Positions 9,940-19,214 of a stretch of DNA of 64,000 bases are shown here, piece by piece. The number at the start of each line of letters is the position of its first letter. Position 1 is the stretch's first letter. Source of the stretch: Sphingomonadaceae bacterium PASS1. GTDB taxonomy: Bacteria; Pseudomonadota; Alphaproteobacteria; Sphingomonadales; Sphingomonadaceae. The translations under genes and the position numbers were made by a program. Where the stretch lies: NCBI GenBank assembly GCA_002255985.1, contig NKIR01000014.1:3919-67918 (forward strand). Direction: 5' to 3'. The notes beneath the pieces are model-generated. The model did not search any database. It was given only the letters and a program-made list of their open reading frames with translations, and was not told the DNA's origin.

Positions 9940-10473
9940 ATGGTGCGTACCACTCGACGAAATGACTGGGGTTTTCCCCGCTGGCGCGGCTACGGAAGCA
10001 GCAGCGAAGCGCAACAGGTGCGTCTGTGCGACCGCTATGGTTGTACCAAAGCGGGAAACTGCCCCGCACCGAAATCGCCCAACAGTCCGGACCGCTGGAT
10101 GTTCTGTGAAGAACATGCCGGAGAGTATAATCGTGGTTGGGATTATTTCGAAGGCTTAACCAAAGAAGAAGCTGATTTGCGCGAAGCGAACGAGCGCAGG
10201 GATTTTTCGGGCTATAAAGAATCTGCGCATTATGGCTGGGCCGGGTCCGGCGACGGCAGCAGAAGCCGTGATGAGATGCATGCGCTCGACATTTTGGGCC
10301 TTGAAAGCGACTCCACTTTTGATGACGCCAAAAAAGCCTGGCGCAAAATCGCTAAGGAAACACACCCAGACGTAAACCCAGGTAACGCCGATGCTGCTAA
10401 GGCGTTTCAGGCGGGGCAGGCAGCGTATGATGTGCTTCGCGTTGCTGAAGAACGTCGCGAGTGGCGTGGTTAA
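9940..10473 (+). CDS. J-domain protein with N-terminal Cys/His module
   Basis: C-terminal DnaJ domain with HPD; N-terminal CDRYGC...CPAPK...FCEEH. Confidence 0.85.
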   Translation: MVRTTRRNDWGFPRWRGYGSSSEAQQVRLCDRYGCTKAGNCPAPKSPNSPDRWMFCEEHAGEYNRGWDYFEGLTKEEADLREANERRDFSGYKESAHYGWAGSGDGSRSRDEMHALDILGLESDSTFDDAKKAWRKIAKETHPDVNPGNADAAKAFQAGQAAYDVLRVAEERREWRG

Positions 10474-10513
10474 CAAGGTTGCGCGAACGAAATTGTAAGC
10501 GCAGACGGCGCGC

Positions 10514-10906
10514 GTGATTCGAACTTTTTCGCCTTTCCGGAATATAGCTGCAGCAATGATACTGCTGGCGCTGGTTTTGCGAGTCATCGTTCCGTCGGGC
10601 TTTATGCTGTCCTCGGAGCGTGGCTTTGCGTTGACCATCTGTACGGGAATGGACACCCAGACCGTCTGGATGGACAAGTCGGGTAAGCTGTACAAGGAAG
10701 ACCCATCAAAAGGTAAGTCGGTTGAGCATCAACCTTGTGCCTTTGCGGGAACAGCGATGGTGGCGGATTTTCTGTCCGCTGGTTCCTGCGTCGCGCTCGC
10801 ACCTGTTGCGCTTGCCATTCCTGTTTTTGCCAAACACGAAATATCCGTTGGCGCTGGCCTCGCTGCGCCGCCGCCGCCTGCGATTGGTCCGCCTTCTTAC
10901 GTCTAA
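10514..10906 (+). CDS. DUF2946 family (CruR-like) upstream ORF
   Basis: Signal/TM LALVLRVIVPSGFM, TICTG, HQPCAFAG, C-terminal APPPPAIGPP; lies directly upstream of a TBDR. Confidence 0.8.
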   Translation: MIRTFSPFRNIAAAMILLALVLRVIVPSGFMLSSERGFALTICTGMDTQTVWMDKSGKLYKEDPSKGKSVEHQPCAFAGTAMVADFLSAGSCVALAPVALAIPVFAKHEISVGAGLAAPPPPAIGPPSYV

Positions 10907-10957
10907 ACTACAGGGCTGCATTGCGGCCTATCTCTCGTTTAGATTTAGGAAAATATC

Positions 10958-12931
10958 ATGAAATTCTTGTCCATTTTGCGCGCGTCTGCTGCGTGCACCT
11001 TCATTGTCATCATTACCCCCGCCGCTGCTGAAGAGGCTTCTGACGCCACGATTATTGTCACCGGCCGTGCAGCCTCTGACGAAGCCGAAATATCGGCAAA
11101 CAACACCGCAGGCGGCACGGACGTCGTTAGCCACGAAGATTATGCAGATAAGACTATTGTGTCTTTGCGTGATACCTTGGCCTTTTCGCCGGGGGTGTAT
11201 ACCCAGCCGCGCTTTGGGCAGGAGGTCCGCATTTCCTTTCGCGGTTCGGGTCTTTCGCGCGGGTTCCATATGCGCGGACTAACTTTGTTGCAGGATGGCA
11301 TTCCCATCAATCTCGCCGACGACAATGGCGACTTTCAAGAACTTGAACCCACATTCTTCGACCATTTAGAGGTATATCGCGGCGCTAACGCGTTTAGGTT
11401 CGGTTCCGGCACATTGGGCGGCGCAATCAACGGTGTTACGCCCACCGGTGACAATGCTGCGGGTCTTTACCTTCGCGGTGATGTTGGCAGCTCTGACTTT
11501 TATCGCGGCTTGGCGTCTTTTGGCGTGGGTGATGGCGACGCCAATGCTTGGGCATCGATTAGCGCCGATAGCCACAAGGGGGATCGCCAACACGCCCAGC
11601 GGAACTCAATTCGCTTTAACGGCAATGTTGGGCTTAGGATTTCGGGTGTCGTGTCGACGCGATTCTACGCAAGCGCGACGACACTTAATCAGGAATTGCC
11701 CGGTGCACTGACCCGCGCGACGGCTTTGTCTGCACCACGAACTGGTAATTTTGTCGGGGATCAGGCACGCGATATCAATTCGGTACGTATCCAGAACCGG
11801 ACCCGTTTCGCCTGGGGCAATAGCCGTCTGGATGTAGGCGCGTTCTTGAATGCCAAAGAATTATATCACCCGATTTTCCAGGTTGTTGATCAGGAGTCGA
11901 CCGATCGCGGCGTGTTCGCCCGTTATGACCGTGAAGGCGATATATGGAGCTTTACCCTTGGCGGAGAGTCCCGTTGGGGAACAATTGACGCAAAGCGCTT
12001 TATCAATGTGAACGGCAAGCGTGGAGCGCTTAACTTCGATGCCGACCAGACGGCCCGGACGTCGAACATTTATGGAGAGCTGCGTGCAACGCCGGTTGTG
12101 GGCGTTACGGTCATAGCAGGCGGTATATATGCCGATGGTTTCCGAAAGCAGGTTCAAATAGTTCCGTCTGCCGCAACGGGTGCAGCGTCGTTCGACGCTT
12201 TCTCGCCCAAATTTGGCGTCCTCTGGGAACCGTCTGAAGACGTCCAAATTTTTGCCAATTATAGCAAGTCCACAGAATTCCCGACCTTCGTTGAACTCGC
12301 ACAAATTGCGGCGTTCGTTCCTGTAAAGGAACAAACAGCGTGGACAGCAGAAATCGGAACACGCGGGAAACTGGGATGGGCAAGCTGGGATGTTGCCCTG
12401 TATCGCGCCGCCATCAAACGCGAAATGCTGCAATTTACCGTCGGGCAGGACATTCCAGCGACAACGTTCAACTCTGATAAAACACGGCATCAGGGCATCG
12501 AGGCCGCCTTTAGCGCAGCGCCGACCGATTGGCTGCGCTTCCGGCAAATCTGGCAATATTCCGACTTCCGCTTTGTCGCTGATGCCCAATATGGCAACAA
12601 CCGTCTGCCTGTGGTGCCCAGACATGTCCTGCGGTCGGAGCTTCGACTTGGGAGCGATGATTTGCATATTGCACCGAATGTTGAATGGGTCCCGCAGGGT
12701 GCATGGGCAGACTATCGGAACACGACACGCACGACAGGCTATACCCTGTTAGGCTTATCTTTCGGCGCGCGCGTTATGGCGGGGGTTGATCTATTTCTTG
12801 ATGCGCGGAACCTGATTGGAGAGAAAGCCATTGGCGACGTGTCGGCCGCTATCCTTGCCTCCGCAGCATCCGCCATTTACTATCCGGTTGAACGCCGCGC
12901 CATCTACGGCGGCGTTCGTGCGCGGTTTTAG
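10958..12931 (+). CDS. TonB-dependent receptor (probable metal uptake)
   Basis: TIIVTG box, ISFRGSG...LLQDGIP plug, EVYRGANA, C-terminal RARF. Confidence 0.92.
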   Translation: MKFLSILRASAACTFIVIITPAAAEEASDATIIVTGRAASDEAEISANNTAGGTDVVSHEDYADKTIVSLRDTLAFSPGVYTQPRFGQEVRISFRGSGLSRGFHMRGLTLLQDGIPINLADDNGDFQELEPTFFDHLEVYRGANAFRFGSGTLGGAINGVTPTGDNAAGLYLRGDVGSSDFYRGLASFGVGDGDANAWASISADSHKGDRQHAQRNSIRFNGNVGLRISGVVSTRFYASATTLNQELPGALTRATALSAPRTGNFVGDQARDINSVRIQNRTRFAWGNSRLDVGAFLNAKELYHPIFQVVDQESTDRGVFARYDREGDIWSFTLGGESRWGTIDAKRFINVNGKRGALNFDADQTARTSNIYGELRATPVVGVTVIAGGIYADGFRKQVQIVPSAATGAASFDAFSPKFGVLWEPSEDVQIFANYSKSTEFPTFVELAQIAAFVPVKEQTAWTAEIGTRGKLGWASWDVALYRAAIKREMLQFTVGQDIPATTFNSDKTRHQGIEAAFSAAPTDWLRFRQIWQYSDFRFVADAQYGNNRLPVVPRHVLRSELRLGSDDLHIAPNVEWVPQGAWADYRNTTRTTGYTLLGLSFGARVMAGVDLFLDARNLIGEKAIGDVSAAILASAASAIYYPVERRAIYGGVRARF

Positions 12932-12941
12932 GAGGCCAGAT

Positions 12942-14282
12942 ATGGAGAATACGTCTTTCTACCGCACGATCTGGCGTTGGCATTTCTATGCCTCGCTCTT
13001 CGTCATGCCTCTCATACTCGTGCTTGCCACAACAGGTGCCATCTATCTGTTTAAGCCGCAATTGGACCATTGGGAAGAGCGCGCATTTACGAACCTGCCG
13101 ACTGTACAGCCGGTGTCCCCCAATGTGCAGTTGGCCGCTGTAATGGCAGCCAATCCAGGTGCGCAATTCCAAAGCTATCGCTTGCCCGAACATGCAGGCG
13201 ATGCCGCCATGATACATATTGGCCTGGCCGACGGCCAATCCATGCGCGACGTCTATGTTTCGCCGCACGGCAAAGTGTTGGGCAGCATCGATCCGGAAAG
13301 CCGGATATCCGCCACCGTGTCGCGTATACATGGTTCGCTGTTGATCGGCAAAATGGGCGATTGGATTGTTGAGCTGGCGGCGTGCTGGGCGATCGTGATG
13401 ATACTGACCGGTTTGTATATGTGGTGGCCGCGCGGGCAGCGCTTGGCCGGTGTCGTGTGGCCCCGGTTGGGGAAGGGCAATCGCGTGTTTCTGCGTGACC
13501 TACATGCGGTCACTGGTTTCTGGGTTTCAGGGCTGGCGCTTGTTTTGTTGACCACTGGATTGCCTTGGGCGAGCGTCTGGGGTGATGCTTTCCGAATTGC
13601 ACGGGCTGAATTAGGCCTCGTTCAGGGCACGCAAGATTGGAAAACGGGCAGTGCCGCACCCCATGCCGAACATGACCATGATGCAATGATGAAAATGCCG
13701 GCTGCCGAGATTCCAGTGGTCGGTTTGGCAGACATAGTGGCCAAGGCGAAGGCGGAAAGGCTGGCACATCCGGTATTGGTGAAACCGCCGGGTGCGCCTG
13801 AGCGTTTCGGCCCTCCTACGCCGATGGCTTGGAAGGTTAAATCGGAGGCACAGAACCGGCCATTGAACCGCGAGGTCATATTTGATGCCGCAACGGGCAA
13901 TGAGCTGTCTCGGAAAGGCTTTGCCGACAAACATGTCATTGATCGTGCCGTCAATTATGGAATTGCTTGGCATGAGGGCCAGCTTTTTGGCTGGATTAAT
14001 CAGCTTGTTGGAGTGCTTACAGCAGTTGCACTGAACGTCTTGGTAATATCAGGCTTTCTGATGTGGCGACGGCGCAAGCCGGATGATGCGCTCGGCGCAC
14101 CGCCCGTTGCTGCGGTGCCACCGAAAATGCGCGGGGTTGTGATGATCATCGGTGTCATGGCGTTGCTATTGCCATTGCTTGGCGCATCGCTAATCGGGCT
14201 GTGGTTGTTCGACCGGCTGCTGCTGCCCCGCTTGCCTGCACTTGCGATGTGGCTTGGGTTGCGTCCGGCTCAGCCGGCGTAA
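12942..14282 (+). CDS. PepSY-associated TM-helix domain protein
   Basis: FYRTIWRWHFYA, RIHGSLL, DLHAVTGFW, AWHEG motifs; His/Met-rich HAEHDHDAMM; GGAGG RBS before ATG 12942. Confidence 0.9.
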   Translation: MENTSFYRTIWRWHFYASLFVMPLILVLATTGAIYLFKPQLDHWEERAFTNLPTVQPVSPNVQLAAVMAANPGAQFQSYRLPEHAGDAAMIHIGLADGQSMRDVYVSPHGKVLGSIDPESRISATVSRIHGSLLIGKMGDWIVELAACWAIVMILTGLYMWWPRGQRLAGVVWPRLGKGNRVFLRDLHAVTGFWVSGLALVLLTTGLPWASVWGDAFRIARAELGLVQGTQDWKTGSAAPHAEHDHDAMMKMPAAEIPVVGLADIVAKAKAERLAHPVLVKPPGAPERFGPPTPMAWKVKSEAQNRPLNREVIFDAATGNELSRKGFADKHVIDRAVNYGIAWHEGQLFGWINQLVGVLTAVALNVLVISGFLMWRRRKPDDALGAPPVAAVPPKMRGVVMIIGVMALLLPLLGASLIGLWLFDRLLLPRLPALAMWLGLRPAQPA

Positions 14283-14674
14283 CGCGCTGCCGTCTCGCGG
14301 ATAAGCGAGATCATATTGGGAATGCCTTGCGTCCGGTTCGAGCTTAACTGATTTTTGAGGTCGAACGGCGCAAGGGCGTTCTCGATATCTGTTTTCAGAA
14401 TATCGGCGGCGTTTTTATGCTCAACCGTTTTAAGGACCAGCGCGATGATGCCTTTGGTAATCGCGGCGTTGCTGTCGGCCAGAAATGTGAGTTCGCTATC
14501 TGCGATCACGGGATAGACCCATACGCTTGCTGAACATCCACGAACCAGCGTCGCATCGGTTTTCAACGCGGCGGGCATTTCGGGTAATTCGCGGCCGAGG
14601 TCGATAAGCAACCGATAGCGGTCATCAGCCTCAAGAAATGCATATTCTTCTGTAATGTCGGCAAATGTTGTCAT
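14270..14674 (-). CDS. sufE: SufE family Fe-S assembly sulfur acceptor
   Basis: RYRLLIDLG, VRGCSASVW, ADSNAAITKG, LSSNRTQG. Confidence 0.92.
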   Translation of the reverse strand: MTTFADITEEYAFLEADDRYRLLIDLGRELPEMPAALKTDATLVRGCSASVWVYPVIADSELTFLADSNAAITKGIIALVLKTVEHKNAADILKTDIENALAPFDLKNQLSSNRTQGIPNMISLIRETAARYAG

Positions 14675-14698
14675 GCACTGCGCATATGGCCGCGATGC

Positions 14699-14941
14699 TT
14701 AGATATCAATCCCTGCCGCTATGGCTTCAAGCCTTTTTACGCGCTCTTTCAAATCCGCGACTTCAATACGCGACGTGGCCGAGGGCACGGGTGCATCATT
14801 GCCGTGCCGCATGGTTTCAAGCTCAGCATGCTTCAGCGCGATCCAGTCGCGCCAGCCGCGCAGGCTTAATGACGACACGATGCCGACACACAGCACCGCA
14901 AAGGCGCCGATGATGATGTAGAAGTTTGGATCCTGTTGCAT
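14699..14941 (-). CDS. Small membrane protein, PspB/C-like coiled coil
   Basis: N-terminal TM, C-terminal DLKERVKRLEAI; co-oriented within the psp cluster. Confidence 0.75.
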   Translation of the reverse strand: MQQDPNFYIIIGAFAVLCVGIVSSLSLRGWRDWIALKHAELETMRHGNDAPVPSATSRIEVADLKERVKRLEAIAAGIDI

Positions 14942-14967
14942 GGTCCTTCCTTTCCGTCCGCGCGCCG

Positions 14968-15240
14968 TTACCGGCTGCGCAGTTCCTCAATCTGACGGTT
15001 GATGTCACTCGCGCTATTGTTGTCCGTCGCGATGCGCTCCAAAACCTGAATGCGTTCCTTCAAAGCCCGAATTTCGTCCTGCATCTGCTGCGTATCCGCA
15101 TTGTTCAAAAGACGGTGGGTTTTTGTGCCCATGAAGTTTTCGTCTTCAACGATCCCGTGCTTTGCCTTCTGCTTCGTCTGGATAATCCTGCCGATCGTGA
15201 TGATGGCAATGATTGCGACTACCATTTGAAACGGATCCAT
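14968..15240 (-). CDS. Small membrane protein, PspB/C-like coiled coil
   Basis: TM, AKHG..EDE, ALKERIQVLERI...IEELR. Confidence 0.8.
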   Translation of the reverse strand: MDPFQMVVAIIAIITIGRIIQTKQKAKHGIVEDENFMGTKTHRLLNNADTQQMQDEIRALKERIQVLERIATDNNSASDINRQIEELRSR

Positions 15241-15256
15241 AATTTGCCTCCCATTT

Positions 15257-15556
15257 TTACCTTAGTTTTTCGATTTCTTCGGAAAGACGTCCGGCCTTGT
15301 CGGTGACGATGCGTTCGAGAACTGCGACCCGTTCTTCCAGACGACCAACCTTGCCATTCAGAGTTTCATTTTCATTGCTGAGCAGCATGATTTTGCGCTC
15401 TGCTTCGGGATAGTCGCCATCGGTCAGCGCTGTCTTTCCGCCCCATTCGTCTTCCAATGGATAGCCATGTTTAGCGCGTATCCAGTTGTTTATGAGCCAT
15501 CCGACTGTCATCATTGCAACAATCGCAATCACGAAATTTGGTCCTGCAAAGCTCAT
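15257..15556 (-). CDS. Small membrane protein, PspB/C-like coiled coil
   Basis: TM, AKHGYPLEDE, RLEERVAVLERI...LSEEIEKLR; its ATG overlaps the upstream TGA (ATGA). Confidence 0.8.
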   Translation of the reverse strand: MSFAGPNFVIAIVAMMTVGWLINNWIRAKHGYPLEDEWGGKTALTDGDYPEAERKIMLLSNENETLNGKVGRLEERVAVLERIVTDKAGRLSEEIEKLR

Positions 15557-15711
15557 TTGAATTCTTTCCATGGCAGGCGGCGTGTAACGGGCCGGATGGG
15601 GCTGTCGCGGAAATCAACGCTCCAGTTGCGGCGATCCGCCTTGCGTTTCTTCTGTGCGAAGTGGCGATATGCAAACCAGCCAATCAGTCCCAGAATGATA
15701 AGCGTGAACAT
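15553..15711 (-). CDS. 52-aa single-TM protein (not in ORF track)
   Basis: MFTLIILGLIGWFAYRHFAQKKRKADRRNWSVDFRDSPIRPVTRRLPWKEFK*; GGAAGG RBS, stop overlaps the next ATG. Confidence 0.65.
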   Translation of the reverse strand: MFTLIILGLIGWFAYRHFAQKKRKADRRNWSVDFRDSPIRPVTRRLPWKEFK

Positions 15712-15737
15712 GATTATTCCTTCCAGAATGTGGCCGT

Positions 15738-16121
15738 TTATCGAAGGCTCTCAATTTCGTCTGCCAGCTGCTTGTTGTTGCTGACATAATAGGTTTCCAT
15801 TTCGGCCAACCGGTGGTCGATTTCCCGGAAACGCGAACGAATGTCCCGCGTTGTGCGGGCAGGTGATTGACGTACGCCCTGCCAGAATTTCTGGTCCTGC
15901 CGATCATCGGTGTACAAATGCACGGGCTTTTGGTTGGCCATCCAAGCGGTGATGACGTAGGCAATTAGCGTCCACGGAAAGCCGCCCATCAGGGTGAGCA
16001 TTACCGCGCCAAGCCGGACCCAGAGAACATCAACGCCGGTATAGTCGGCAATCCCGGCGCAAACGCCTTTCCATTTCGCATTCATCTTATCGAGATAGAA
16101 TTTGGTATGTGTACCAGCCAT
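15738..16121 (-). CDS. pspC: Phage shock protein C
   Basis: FYLDKMNAKWKGVCAGIADY.G PspC domain, C-terminal LADEIESLR. Confidence 0.92.
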   Translation of the reverse strand: MAGTHTKFYLDKMNAKWKGVCAGIADYTGVDVLWVRLGAVMLTLMGGFPWTLIAYVITAWMANQKPVHLYTDDRQDQKFWQGVRQSPARTTRDIRSRFREIDHRLAEMETYYVSNNKQLADEIESLR

Positions 16122-16122
16122 T

Positions 16123-16410
16123 TTAGCGGTTCCTTTCCAGCCTGCGGACATTTTCGGGGTCGAAATCTTTTGTTTCATGATCGATGCGACGTGGCTGCCA
16201 TTCAGGATTCTCTTGGGCGACCAGACGCTCAATGGTATCGAGACGGTCTTCGAGGCGACGGGCAAGTTCGTTCATGTCGCCCAGCATCCGTTCGTCATCA
16301 TTGGTCAGCGTTGCCGCTGTTTTCCAACGGGTGACATAATGCAGGATGAGCCAAGGCAATCCAATGAACAGCATGCCAACGACGAGAACGGGGATGAGAG
16401 TATCTTCCAT
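16123..16410 (-). CDS. pspB: Phage shock protein B
   Basis: LFIGLPWLILHYVTRWK, RLEDRLDTIERL. Confidence 0.9.
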   Translation of the reverse strand: MEDTLIPVLVVGMLFIGLPWLILHYVTRWKTAATLTNDDERMLGDMNELARRLEDRLDTIERLVAQENPEWQPRRIDHETKDFDPENVRRLERNR

Positions 16411-16414
16411 CGGT

Positions 16415-17098
16415 TTAGCCTTCCTTCTGTGCGTCTTGTTTCATGGCTTTTTTCATCGCTTCCAGCTCGGCATCGACAACGTCGAAGGACTCAAGTGCTG
16501 CGATTTCGTCGCCCAGGCTGCGTGGCGCATCTGAACCGATGGACAGCGAGTCCGCATATCCCTGCGCTTCATCCACGCGGCGTTCGAGCACATCAAAGCG
16601 AGAGAAAGCCTCACGAACCTTGTCGCCATTATACATCGTGCGCAGCTTGACCTGATTTTCAGCGCTTTCAAGCCGCGTCATCAACGCGTTCTGACGGCTG
16701 CGGGCGTCGGCGAGTTTCTTCTGCAGCTTGTGAATATCCTGCTCCGAAGCTTTCAACGCATCGTTGAGAACGTCGACTTCCGCCGTCAGCTGGTCCTTCA
16801 TATCGGTCGCCTTGCGCTTTTCGACCAAGGCAGCCTTGGCAAGGTCTTCGCGATCTTTTGACAGCGCGAGATGGGCCTTGTCGGTCCAGTCAGCTTCAAG
16901 CGTGTTCAGCTTGTCGATGTGCCGGCGCAGTTCTTTCTGGTCAGCAATCGTCCGGGCGGCGGAAGCGCGGACTTCAACCAACGTTTCTTCCATCTCCAGG
17001 ATGATCATGCGGATCATCTTCGCCGGGTCCTGCGACTTGTCGAGCAAGTCCGTGACATTGGCGGCGATGATATCGCGGGTTCGTGAAAATATGCCCAT
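16415..17098 (-). CDS. pspA: Phage shock protein A
   Basis: MGIFSRTRDIIAAN...DPAKMIRMII.EMEETL long coiled coil; GGAG RBS. Confidence 0.95.
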   Translation of the reverse strand: MGIFSRTRDIIAANVTDLLDKSQDPAKMIRMIILEMEETLVEVRASAARTIADQKELRRHIDKLNTLEADWTDKAHLALSKDREDLAKAALVEKRKATDMKDQLTAEVDVLNDALKASEQDIHKLQKKLADARSRQNALMTRLESAENQVKLRTMYNGDKVREAFSRFDVLERRVDEAQGYADSLSIGSDAPRSLGDEIAALESFDVVDAELEAMKKAMKQDAQKEG

Positions 17099-17134
17099 TG
17101 GGTAACTCCGGTTAAAACTGTTCATTTGCGTAAT

Positions 17135-17193
17135 AAAAAAGGGGGCGACCGGGTACCTTTAGGAGGTAGGGGGAGCCGGGGCACTCCGGTCGC
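17135..17193 (-). terminator. Terminator/attenuator-like hairpin with CU-rich interior, between leader ORF and pspA
   Basis: Minus strand GCGACCGG...CCGGTCGC stem enclosing CTCCCCCTACCTCCT and an inner TACCT/AGGTA hairpin, followed by CCCC and T6. Confidence 0.6.
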
Positions 17194-17205
17194 AGGCAAT
17201 CGATG

Positions 17206-17394
17206 TCAGGCAAGATAGCTGACAACGATTGGCCGATGGGTGTAATTTGGGACGTTCATGTTAATATCGTCATAATGGTTGAGAACCGAAACGGCGTAAC
17301 TGGTGAAGATCATGGACACGGACAGGGCGACTGCCAGCCATAGACGGCTTTCGCTTCCATTTACGTTGTCGCTGGTTCCGATATCTTTACGCAT
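17206..17394 (-). CDS. 62-aa single-TM leader protein of the psp operon
   Basis: MRKDIGTSDNVNGSESRLWLAVALSVSMIFTSYAVSVL...; ATG lies about 50 nt downstream of the sigma54 -12 box. Confidence 0.6.
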   Translation of the reverse strand: MRKDIGTSDNVNGSESRLWLAVALSVSMIFTSYAVSVLNHYDDINMNVPNYTHRPIVVSYLA

Positions 17395-17445
17395 CTTGTG
17401 TCTTCCCTTGTGAATGCCGGTGATGTTCCGGCTTGCAAAACCTAT

Positions 17446-17462
17446 TGCAGGGAGCGTGCCAA
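17446..17462 (-). promoter_or_regulatory. Sigma54 (-24/-12) promoter of the psp operon
   Basis: TTGGCACGCTCCCTGCA with exact GG-N10-GC spacing. Confidence 0.85.
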
Positions 17463-17516
17463 TTTGAATAACTGTAGGAAATCCGACATTTGTGAAAAAA
17501 TGTGACATTCGATTGC

Positions 17517-17551
17517 TGGTAATTATTGCCACACTATGGTGAAATATGCCA
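17517..17551. promoter_or_regulatory. Two putative PspF upstream activator sites
   Basis: Imperfect 15-bp palindromes TGGTAAT-T-ATTGCCA (17517-17531) and TGGTGAA-A-TATGCCA (17537-17551), 20 bp apart, 55-90 bp upstream of the -24 box. Confidence 0.65.
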
Positions 17552-17561
17552 ATCTTTGAAA

Positions 17562-18597
<1,036 letters not shown>

Positions 18598-18599
<2 letters not shown>

Positions 18600-18628
18600 A
18601 AAAAGGGGCAGCCTCGGCCACCCCTTTT
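18598..18628. terminator. Terminator between convergent pspF and PuuD-like gene
   Basis: A-run-GGGG...CCCC-TTTT; stem pairs best on the minus strand. Confidence 0.65.
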
Positions 18629-18650
18629 AACTTTACGAAGAATGTGACGA

Positions 18651-19214
18651 TTAGCCGCCGTTAAAGCTGACCATCGTGTAGAGCATTGGGATCGACAGCA
18701 ATGTGTTCAAACGCGATGTCATCATCGCGGTTGTTGCTGCCTTAGCCTTTGTCGCGTCATCGGCTTCAACAATGCCAAGGGCCTTCTTCTGGTTTGGCCA
18801 GATGATGACCCAAACGTTGAATGCCATGATAACCGCAAGCCACATGCCAACACCGATCAGCTTGTAGGGATCTTGCAGCGTGAATGCCTGATGGGCGTAA
18901 CCGGCCTGAACCGAAATGATCAGTCCCAGCAACACAGTCAAAGCCGCTGCCCAGCGGAAGAAAAACAGTGCGGATGGTGCGATATGCTTCGACACCGCTG
19001 GCTTAAGCTCTGCGGGAATTTTCGGCATGGTCGGAATTTGAACGAAGTTGAAATAGTACAACAGCCCAATCCAGACGATCCCAAAGAATGTGTGCAGCCA
19101 ACGTGCAATAGACTGCGCCGTTACTGCGTCGCCGTGCAAACTGAACATAACTGCGAACGACAGTACGAGACCGGCGACCAGCACCAGATGTAAATTTCCA
19201 AAAAATTTCGCCAT
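18651..19214 (-). CDS. PuuD/DUF989-like membrane protein (no cytochrome c domain)
   Basis: RWLH..GI.WIGLLYYFNFVQ, F.FRWAA, MAFNVW.IIWPNQKK, SRLNTLLSIPML; no CxxCH. Confidence 0.78.
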   Translation of the reverse strand: MAKFFGNLHLVLVAGLVLSFAVMFSLHGDAVTAQSIARWLHTFFGIVWIGLLYYFNFVQIPTMPKIPAELKPAVSKHIAPSALFFFRWAAALTVLLGLIISVQAGYAHQAFTLQDPYKLIGVGMWLAVIMAFNVWVIIWPNQKKALGIVEADDATKAKAATTAMMTSRLNTLLSIPMLYTMVSFNGG

